A DNA stretch of 20,000 bases from Asterionella formosa (taxonomy: Eukaryota), in the NCBI GenBank assembly GCA_002256025.1, contig NKIB01012964.1:46743-66742 (forward strand), in the 5' to 3' direction. The notes beneath the pieces were generated by a model. That model had not been told where the DNA came from and made no database searches. It saw nothing but the letters and a program-made list of their open reading frames with translations. Of the stretch, positions 1 through 10,100 are shown piece after piece. The position numbers and the translations under genes were made by a program. Every line of letters starts with the position of its first letter. Position 1 is the first letter of the stretch.

Positions 1-85
1 TCTTCCTTGCTGCTCCAACCTCGATTCAGCCTCTGGATTCTACCATGGGTAATCCAACCTTGTTCTGATTCCTACATTTCATCCT

Positions 86-107
86 GCCTGGCAATCGATT
101 GCCAGGC
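86..107. repeat. Perfect 22-bp palindrome GCCTGGCAATCGATTGCCAGGC
   Basis: The sequence equals its own reverse complement. Confidence 0.95.
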
Positions 108-1514
108 TTCTCAATTCAAATTAACCGAAATGTCCATACAGTTTGCCATAAATACTTTCTTTGTCTCTCAAGACCCTTCTCTTTTGCTATCTTATCATGT
201 CTTGTTCATCAGGCTACACTCATAATATTGATTCTTTCAATTCCCGGCTTCTCATTTCATAATGATTCTCCCAAATTGGCCTTGCAGCTTTCATCTTTGC
301 CCTATATTTATTGATTGGCCTTCCAGTCTGTGCTCTTTCCCCTCTACTGTTCTACACATGCTTCCAAACCTCTAAGAGCCCTGTAATGGGCTCCTTCCCC
401 TTGCTCACCATCTCTACGGTTGTTTCACCTCCAATCTGCAACCCCTAAGAGTCCCACAAATGGACCCTCACTCATTTTCACCTTGGGACCCATATGGGCC
501 CTAGTGTGACTCCATGAGCTCCATTTGACTTGAGTTTCAATAAAAGCGTTCTTTGAGATATATTTGCCTACTATTTAGATGTTTGTCACTGATCTGTTGC
601 CATTGAAGATCTGTGTTACACCATGATACAAATTGGTGATACAAGTTTATGTGGAGAATTGAGGAGGAAATTCAGTTCAAACCAAGTTACCATTCTTGCT
701 CATACATTTTCAAAAATTTTCAAATGAAGTTATACCCAATGAAAAATGATAAGAACAGTCCATGATACTCCTTGCCATGAAGAAGAGCCGTGAATGGATG
801 AGCGGATGATCTACCGGTAAGTCTTTTTCTTCTTGGAAGTAAATACATGACCGGTACTAGTCTAATATATCCCATATTGTAAGGTAGCACTCTGTTAATT
901 ACCATATTCTTTCATTTCCCATAACCCCATCCTCCTTTTTTCAAGCTACAGTCTCTTTGGTATGCCTCTTACCAGTACCTGGCTGCACAAAGAAATAGCT
1001 ACAACTACTCACTGTTACCATGAGCTTCGATTGCTAGATATTGTAGTAAACCGCTTTTAGTAACCTTTCTCTGTTAATTCTGCCTGTTTGGTTGTTATTA
1101 GTACCTGGTGGTCTAAACTAACCTCATTCTTTGCATGCATACATCACATCGAGGATATTTGTTCACTATTGTTTCCTCTTGTTGATGGGGACCTTCATTC
1201 TGATGGGGTGAACCTTTAACCTAGGTAGCAAGCTTATTGGTGGGGCAACAGACAACCCAGTCTACAATTCATGTGACTTGCATGTGCTAACATTGCCGAA
1301 TGCTTAGAACACACTCGTGTCAAATCAAACATGTAGACTGTACTGTCTAAGTTACAGATGATGGTGACCATGGGTTTAGTGCTACGTATTGTATGTATAA
1401 CTAGTTGTATATTTCTGCTGAAAATATAAGGACAGTCACCACATCAACCACGATATTGGTAGCGATATAGAGCATACAAAACCCCTCACAACTTAGGTAA
1501 TCATCACTTGACAG

Positions 1515-2968
1515 CTATGGGTTCAATGGAAAATGATTCTTGTTGAAGTGATATTTGATATCAGCAAGTTTGGCGGCAGTATCAGTTGGCATTGAAGCAG
1601 TGGCAACGTTTTCATGTACTGGCTCCTTCCCTGTTTCAACAGACGTCAAATCCAAATGTGCAGAATTCAAATTGATAATGATCGCACTGACAATTGACAC
1701 TGGCTCCTTGAAAAAGTATGCATATGGATCAGAAGTAGGGAAGACGTCAAGTCTAAATATTCGCTGAAGTGTATCCTGACCTTCAACAATTTTGGCAAAG
1801 CAAGGGTCTGCCTGTTCTTCCAAGTCATGTTGGAACTGCCCCCCAGGACCATGAGGTATTGTGTTGTCTGCCTTGTTAATATACCAGTCAGGCCCACCTG
1901 GACGTCCTGTAAAGCCAATGGTCCACGGGAGATGAGGGAATGAGGAATTGTATTCAGGAAATGCCAATTGATCTAATTGCTGATCGACGAAGCGTTTCAG
2001 GTTTGTTCCTAATTCCGAATCATCGTCCCAATCTTGTGGACCGGCTTGCAAGACGTGCGGGCCATTGAGGTAGAAGAATGTGTTGTTCCATAACCCATGA
2101 TAGACCTGCTCGAGGAATAAATGCACAGCATGGGGCATTACGTCTAGACTAGCCATTTCGGCGACAAAATCACCTTCAACGGGGTCATTGGGGATCTTGA
2201 TAGTGAATTTAACACGATGAGGGCCGGGTCCAAAACTGAAGTGATAAGAAAAGAATTGCAGGGAATCAGATGGCGCATAAACTGAAATCCACACATTCAC
2301 GATAATTTTTCTTACCGCGCCTTGGCTTCACGGGCCGACTCTCGTGAAGTAGCATTCTGAAGAACGTGCACCTGCTTTCGCCATGCTTCCTCTCTTGCCT
2401 TGAGCTTAAGTTCTTCTTCACTAGCTAGAGCCCTGGTGCCTAAATCGCCTTCGTACTTTACTCTGAGTTCATCCTTGCTCTTTCGAAGGTCGCGATTCTC
2501 CGCCTCCAAATGTCGGACCGTGTCCTTGAGCCTGGCCTGGGCTTCCCTCAAGTTCTGCGCTTCTTTTGCGAAGCGCACCTTCTCTCGCTCCACCTGTTGG
2601 AACATTCCTATGGCCTGGTCAATGCTCGTTGCGTGGAGCTTGGACAAAATGGCCGATGATTGCCTTCGATAGTAGAACGTGGTCCCCAAGAAGAGGAGAG
2701 CCACAACTCCTGCCCAAACTAGTTTATTTTTTAGTATAGAGGCAATGTCAAGGGATTTCCCCTTGCGAGGTACACCATGACGAGGCGAGGCCGCAGGAGT
2801 GGGGTAGGTGTCGTAGGCCCCGCCAGATGACGCTCCGTAGCTGGAAGAGGAATACCCTCCGTATCGTCCATCTCCTCCTCCCTGACCGTAGCTTCCGCCA
2901 TATCCTCCTGCGCCTGCTCCATAGACATTGGTGGGCAATCCATTGGTGGTCTTGCCAGGACGAAGCAT
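1515..2968 (-). CDS. Type II membrane protein: Gly/Tyr-rich N-tail, TM anchor, coiled coil, C-terminal cyclophilin-like domain (2 exons, ~457 aa)
   Basis: Exons 2968-2316 and 2235-1515. The 80-nt intron 2315-2236 (GTAAG...TTCAG) joins the two ORFs in frame (..AKAR/FGPGPHRVKF..). TM segment LVWAGVVALLFLGTTFYY. Cyclophilin-like motifs: MPHAVHLFLEQV, HVLQAGP, GPDWYINKADN, CFAKIVEGQDTLQRI. Confidence 0.8.
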
Positions 2969-3249
2969 GTTGTTGGTTCTCTTCCAGTGGTTGCTGATGA
3001 GGTGAAGGTGCTGAATGGACAATATACCCGGAAAATAGTCTACCGTTAAGATGTTTTATTTGCTCAAATCATGATGAATATATCGGTATATATCGACTAC
3101 GGGCTGTATTTTCTGGAAAGGGAATGTTTTATATGAATAATATATAGCGCTAATATAATATATAGCATATATACATTGAATCACCCAAATATGCGTGGTC
3201 GTCTTTAGGGGATATTGTTTTATGCGGTTTTATGGAAGTGTGACATTGT

Positions 3250-3740
3250 ACCACAGGAGTACTCCCTGGTACCAGGTACCGCATGTCGCATACGTATGAA
3301 TGAAATTCATTATAGCCAAGCAAAATCAAAAAATCGGCCTTGGTGACTGATCTTGCAAAAGATGTACAGTAATATTTTTATTTTATGTATCAGAGCGCGC
3401 CCATTATTGCTTTGCTTTCTTTGCGTCCTCCCATCGTCTGTCTCCCTCTGACAAGCAATGATTGGACATAAGTGCCTCCCCTCCGCCAATCAGCCAAACG
3501 ACAGGGTATAACACGTTTTTACTTAAAAAAATTCAGCCAAATATTTCGATTACCGGACTGTCCAGGGTAGCTACCAGGTACCCCAGGTGCCGTACAGTTA
3601 CCGTACCTGGTACCCGAGGTATACATGACTCACACATCACCCAAGAGTCAATATTTTTTAAATCACCTATTCTTTACAAGGCGAACGCGCAAGTGTACCA
3701 CTATCAGGTAGGTAGATGCAGTTTTCCGGTACCAGGAGTA
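3250..3740. promoter_or_regulatory. GGTACC/CCWGG motif cluster upstream of the cyclophilin-like gene
   Basis: CCTGGTACCAGGTACC at 3265-3280, with several TACCAGGTACC, TACCTGGTACC and CCGGTACCAGG copies between 3570 and 3737. Confidence 0.45.
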
Positions 3741-4165
3741 GCATATAGCAAATTACAAGCGACAAAAAATCTGCCTGCCAGCTTGTTGCTAGTAGTTTCA
3801 TGTCAACAATGCAGGGCATCCATCATCCGTATGACCGACCGCAGCAGGCTCAAATCCGAAGCAGCCGTCTGGTTTCGGGAAGGAATGCTTGAGTCAAGAC
3901 ATCACTCCTAAGAAGAGAAAATTGCTCCTGAAAACGACATTTACTCTATAGGTAATACCGTACCCTTCAGCAAATTAACCAATAGGCTCTAACTAGGCCA
4001 ATACTGCTGGAAGAGTCCACATTAGCTTTATCAGCTTATCCAACCCACCCTCTGCAATTCTTTATTGGATCAATACTAGTTTTGCATTCACTTACCTTGG
4101 TGAAAATTCCAAAATGGTTGATTCCACTGTCAATTTCATTCGTACTCTGTGGTGATACTTCCACT

Positions 4166-5581
4166 CTAAAGTTCTTGTTTATTAGGCACTGCCTTGCTCA
4201 TTGTTCCATACAACAAGGTCAAATTGATGCGATGGTTTTTGTGACCTCTCTTGAATTCGAATTTGTCGGTGTGATGAAACAAGGCAGAATCAAACAAGAT
4301 GGCTCGATTCTGTTTGTGAGGTACTGTCACATTGGCAAAATTGGTTGGCCTTAGCAATTGTTCATAAACAAATTCTGTATCTGTGTTATACTTTGCAAAC
4401 TCCCAATCTATTGGTGGCTTTGTTTTCAAATGATATTGCATGTAAATAATTAGTAACAAAATCAAATCACAAGGCAACAATTATTTCCCAATTTTTAGTG
4501 CCCATACCTTTGCTGTAAAGACAACTAAACCACCTGACGTTGGATCAAGATTTGCTTCATCAGGAGTTAACCAAATATTGACATTTACTGCAGCCTCATC
4601 TGCATGTGTATTGATACCAGTGTATGCTTCATGATATTTGTAGGCCCACAGGTACTTCAATGGATGACCCTTCATTATTCTTGGGAAGACTTTTTTCAAT
4701 TCAAAAGCTAGTTGGAGCAGAATCCGATCATGAAGGCCATCGTCAATATCTTCGCCGAAAATATTTTCTTGTTAGAAAAGCAGAGGTAGAGAAACACATG
4801 CAACAGTGGTGACTTAGATGGACTCACATGCACCAACATATCCACCAAACTTGAGAGGCATTTTAGTTTGATACCACACTGTACTCTCTAGCATCAGCTG
4901 GCGAATCCGAGCCAGGGCCTCTCTTGACAGAAGATCGTCAATAATCACAATTCCAGGATATGTATGATCAGGGTCTTGCCCAAACCATTGCCGTTCAATT
5001 CTTTTTGTGTCCAGGGTAGGATTCAACAACGACATAATGGTGCCGTTTTTGTGCTTCAGTTCTTCGAAATTGGTCTTATACAGAGCTTTGTTATAAATAT
5101 CACCTATATCAGGGCCATCGGTTGGTCGGAAGGCATACAGTCCCTGCGTTTGTCCAAGTTGCTCCAATGGCAGGATATTCTTTAGCACATTTTCGTACAC
5201 AGGCTTGACAGAATTGGCAAAGAAATCAGCAAGTTTCTTTTCTTTCAAATGTTTGGCCAGAAAGTCTGCTTGTTCCAGGTCCATGGCAAGCTTGTACTCG
5301 GTAGTATATGTCAAACCACCACCCCGCGATGTAATTTGTTGTGGTAGCTTGTTTCGAATCTCATCTCGGTTGGGATTTCGTTCCGATCGGCGAAACACAT
5401 TGCTCAGAGCCCAATATAGTCCATCGAGGTCGTCCTTCTCAAAAAAGTAGGCAATGTCATCACTGTCTAGCACTATTGGGAACTCTACGCCAGCAGTGGT
5501 TGGGACTGAAAATAGAGTTGTTGCTGTAATTAACGAAGCAAGAAACACTTGCAGGAGTGTGAAGGGAAGAGACGTCCTCAT
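4166..5581 (-). CDS. Secretory-pathway 2OG-Fe(II) dioxygenase-like protein (3 exons, ~415 aa)
   Basis: Exons 5581-4828, 4749-4508 and 4417-4166. Introns 4827-4750 (GTGAG..AAG) and 4507-4418 (GTATG..AAG) give one frame: YVGA/YIDDGLHDR and VFTAK/PPIDWEF. HxD...H triad (THADEAAVNVNIW, LFHHTD) and the 2OG-binding Arg (RINLTLLY) are present. Hydrophobic signal peptide; C-terminal KQEL. Confidence 0.8.
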
Positions 5582-6189
5582 ATTGGCAAGTGGCCACCAG
5601 GAGTTCCCGGTAGACTACGGTTATGTGCAATACAATACATGATACCCAATACATAAACTGCCGAAGCCATCAAAGAAGGCACACAGCCCTGGCTGTTCAG
5701 TGTCATCATTGGAAGAAGGCAGGTTTGGCACTAGTGATCATAGCGGTCGTGGTACAGACATATTGATTTCGGACTCAATGATCATCAAATGCTGAAAAGA
5801 AGTTCCGGGAGCTACCGGTATAACAACAGCGTAGCCTCGTTGAGCGAGGGATACTCTCAAATCGATATCACGACATCCCTACCACCGGGTTTACAGCTCC
5901 TGGTGGTACCAGTTACTGGTAGTCTCATAACTTGCTTCGCGGTCGGAAACCAATCATGATGATTTGCTGGTGAGGGGCGGGTTTAATCAAGTGCATCTAA
6001 AAAGTGAAATACGTGTACCGGTACACGTTTACACATGTACCGCTATTTCTATAGTGTATTCAAAGAAAAAGCAGAAATGGCCACCATGCTCACAGCCGTG
6101 CCTTGCTGAAACAAGGCAAGACACGCCCGAGGTAGTCGCATGCCTGCTAGTACACTTGTGTTGACATATATGGCGCCTACTCTAGGTGG

Positions 6190-6525
6190 GCTCCAGTACT
6201 GCCCTGGAATGACCGGTCAAGATCTTTCTCATGCCACTGGTCTTCAGATTCTTCTGCTATATAAATCCTGTCTATTTCGGTTTAGACACTCCTCAGACTA
6301 CCTAGTCTTTGGACACCTGTCGACATCAACAGCCTAACAGACACACTCTGACACACTCTGGAGTAAACGAGAAGGCAAGGACGTACCAACTGAGAAAGGT
6401 CTTGCCATGTTGAAATGTGTGGCGTGTCTTCCTAGTGTGCTCCAGTACTGCCCTGGAATGCCTCAGACTACATCTCGCCTTTGGACACCTGTCGACATCA
6501 ACAGTCTAACAAATGCATTCTGACA
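6190..6525. repeat. Imperfect direct repeat with a 79-bp indel
   Basis: GCTCCAGTACTGCCCTGGAATG occurs at 6190-6211 and 6439-6460. CCTCAGACTAC...GGACACCTGTCGACATCAACAG...CTGACA occurs at 6291-6353 and 6461-6525. ACACACTCTG is also repeated twice at 6341-6360. Confidence 0.9.
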
Positions 6526-8864
6526 TTGTTGCAAAAACAGCAATTCACAAACTAGCTATCATCACACCATTCACTTACCTATTGCCCACAAAAAAAGCAT
6601 ACCAAAATGACACTTTATGCTTGCTATTGCCCATCATATAAAATATATTTTGTACATTTCTATATTCTCATCAAAAATCATTGCCAAGGGTCAATATTGT
6701 CCATCATTAAAATATTTTTTGAATATTTGATATGTTACCATTTTGGCAATACAATTTACACAAACTGCCCCTTGGTTTTCCATACCTGGTGGGATTCTTG
6801 CTGAAATTGGCATGTGTCTACATAAGGAAGAAACCTTTTATAAGTTGCGGTCATTTTGCTGAAATGTACAACATAACACAGGACAAGCACTCAAGTTTTT
6901 CAAAGTAAATAGAGCACATCATCAATTCTCCCTTTTAAATCGACTGTATTATGACTTAGTGATGCAGATTTTATGCTACTAATTAAGTCGTCTAAATGTG
7001 GGAATCTCAAAACAAGGGCAAATGGCTAATATAGAAAATGACAATGACCAGTGCATAAGAAGGGCGGGGTAGCCCGAAGCAATAGTAGTAAGCAAACAAA
7101 GTAATCAACGTCTGCAAATAAAAAATTATTGTACATATAGGATCAGGGGTATGTTACTATAACTGGCACGGAATTTTTCTGTGCATGATATGCATTTTGT
7201 TACTTGTGAAGGATAAACTGATGTTGCTGATGATAGCGGCGGGTTGCCTCTCCCCATTCCCTTGTACTCCATATCAGAGCTTTCCTTCATTATTAATGTT
7301 CATGTTAATGTTGTAACAACTGCGAAGCAAATACTTCTAAGTCATATTATTCTTATGCAATAACATGCAGTTCCATTCTTATTTTCACTTACCATGAATA
7401 GATGTATTTCATCACACAGGTTTCTCAAGCAACACAATGTGTCAAACAATCCATTTCGATTGTTCACTGTATTAACTAATGGGAAGTAAATGTGTGTTCG
7501 GCTTGTTTAGCTTTTATTAAAACAGGCATTTCCAATCATGATGGTTTGGTCACTTACCGCAACAATTATACGAATCCATGTTCAGTTTCCATATTCCTCA
7601 AGAAATCATGAAGACATTGATGTTCAGAACTTCCATGTACTCTTTGTATACAATTACCCTGATAGTTATAAAAGGATGTGTTACTTATGTTCTAACAGGT
7701 GATTCTTGTGAGAATTGATCCAATGACAGCACTTACTGCAACCGTCATTTCTTCACATTGAATTTGTCCCCACAAGTATGCATATACAGGTAAGCAAATA
7801 AACACTTGAAGAGAGAGCACGCATTGAGAGAAACTGTCAACCCAACAATTGAATATTCTGACATATTCCATTGACCTGCTAACGTGGCTTTTGGCCTTTT
7901 GTTCAGCACCATTCCTTATTGTGTTTCCAACGAAGTCGCAAGATATCGGTAAATTGATTGTTTTCATTACTGGTGTGGCCAGAAAAGGAAAATGATTTTG
8001 AGTTTGGAGATAATAGCACATGCAAAGTAAGCAAAATTTCTTATTGTGCCTTTGCTTCTTTTGCATACCAGCAAGCTGCGGTAAAATTGCCAAGTTGACT
8101 ATTTGGAAATATTGTATATCCACACCTGAGGATCCAATTGTAAAAAATTTAATCTGGCTAAGTCGGATAAGACTTATCTTTCATTTGTGGCATGATTGTT
8201 TAGAATAATTTTATGCTAGAATTCGATTTGGAAGGAACTATTTTAGGGTCAAACTCATTCCCCCAATCTCAAACCCGCATCCCAATCGAAAAAATTGGGG
8301 GTTTTACGTGAGAGCTAGTAGGTTCCATTGGGGTCAGATGCGCACACAGAAAGATCATCATAGAATATGTTTGTCAAGCCCCACCCATGAGTGTACTCAT
8401 GCATATGTATCGTTGTTAGCTATCATGCAAGGACAAAAATTTATGTATGGGAAAATATATAGCGGTACATCGGCTATCTTCTCCATCTCCATCTAGTCTA
8501 TGTAGAATACATATACTCGTGTCTGTCTACATTCCTGAATACAGCCATATTAACTACTATTCATATTACCTGGTACCATATACTGTATGTATCCTGAACT
8601 TACATAATTTGCTATACCGATATATGGTTGTTAAGTGTTCTATATAAGCATGTATATTCTTGGAACACGATGTTTACATGGTACCAGTGGTATTGGCAAC
8701 ATAATGGCAATGATGATAAGCCCAGCATTGTAAACAGATAATTCACGAATTATAGATCAATTGTTGTTGTTTTTAGCTACTGATGTTGTAGAATATGTTT
8801 ACTTGATTCAAGATGGTTATGTACAAACTACTCGGGTTTTGATCCGGCAAGAAATCATGGAGAT

Positions 8865-9040
8865 ATTGTCATTGTGATCAAACTCCATTTTGCTTCTGCC
8901 GATTTTCTATTTTAGCTATTTTGCAATTAATATCAAAGCTATGTCAACAATTATTGTCATTGTGGTCGAACGCCATTTTGCTTCTGCCGATTTTCTATTT
9001 TAGCTATTTTGCAATTAATATTAAAGCTATGTCAACAATT
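8865..9040. repeat. Tandem duplication, 2 x 88 bp
   Basis: 8865-8952 and 8953-9040 align with 4 mismatches (ATTGTCATTGTG...GCTATGTCAACAATT). Confidence 0.95.
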
Positions 9041-9524
9041 GTTTCACTACTTGCTAGCGACACCTGTATTCTATCTAACCAGTTGGATAAAATTGAAAAT
9101 TAAAAATCATTTTATCATATTCTGTTACAATTGTCATGGGAAAATTCTTGTGTTCGATTCATGATGCGTTGTATAAATTATCTACTTCTATGTAGAACAA
9201 GCATGTTATGTACCAGGATATTCATCTGATATAAATGTACCACAGCCGTTCTCACTTGACTACCGGTAGTAAGTACTGGTACAAGAAGCAAATTGCAATC
9301 CCACAAAGAAAATTGCAATTGTATGTATTGGTGCCAGAGCAAGAGATTTAGCACTGTTTCCCTTATAGTAACAACCGCATTTACCGCACCGACATACCGG
9401 TGTGCATGTACCAGCAAGTTGCGGTCATCTTGCTTTAACTAACATTTTAATCTGGGATAAAAGAAAGCTAAATCTTTGGGTTCAGCAAAATTACCGCGAC
9501 TTGCAGATACATGTACATGATGTT

Positions 9525-9945
9525 TCATACCGGCACAGTACCTGGTACCAGGTACTCGTTGTTGGCACCAAGGAGGAAAAAAGGTATGCATCGTCATGCC
9601 TGTACCAGTACCAGGGTACCAGTACTCTTATACGGTGTTACTATGCAATACTACCGGTACAGTAGTTGGGAGGAGGACGAGGAAAAGAATTGCGTATAAA
9701 TATATACACGTATGGATATCATCATTTTCTGATGTGCAAATCCATTACTGGTACCAGTACCAGTACCTGGTAACGCATTTATAAACTATGTACCGGTACC
9801 GGTATGCGGATGATATTCCCTAGCCGCGGCGAAAGTCGAATCTTTGTTAAACATACATAGTACTGGTACCAGGGGCAGGAATTCCCACGATCAGGTAGAT
9901 ACGTGGTACAAGGTCCTGGTTCTTGGTACCAGGTAGGTACCGTAA
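9525..9945. promoter_or_regulatory. GGTACC/CCWGG/ACCGGT motif cluster upstream of the kinase
   Basis: Includes the perfect palindromes AGTACCTGGTACCAGGTACT (9537-9556) and TACCGGTACCGGTA (9791-9804). The regulatory role is inferred from position only. Confidence 0.5.
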
Positions 9946-10100
9946 TAAAATCATGCCAAGAGGCCTTGTTACTACCGTAGCTCGGGTGATGGATCAGAGA
10001 CACAGAAAAGTACGCCAATCAATTCAGTCACATGCATTGTCACTTGGACTAATCTCCTCTAAAAGAATCGGTGCGGGGGTTGAGATAACAAGACATCAAC

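Noticed and set aside
2969..3022. N-terminal extension given by the ORF track for the 2312..3022 ORF
   Set aside because: It uses a TTG start; the first ATG is at 2968.
3462..3911. 149-aa plus-strand ORF
   Set aside because: Non-ATG start, no recognisable domain, and it runs through the GGTACC motif cluster (VPGT-type translation artefacts).
7692..8123. 143-aa minus-strand ORF
   Set aside because: Non-ATG start and no recognisable motif. It lies in the decayed island and may at most be a relic fragment.
5970..8300. Possible terminal inverted repeats (GCGGGTTT near 5977 and AAACCCGC near 8271) bounding the decayed island
   Set aside because: Only about 8 bp match, with no extension or target-site duplication; this is expected by chance.
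9178..10018. Several short overlapping ORFs rich in VPVP/YQY/WYQ
   Set aside because: These are translation by-products of the repeated TACCAG/GGTACC motifs.
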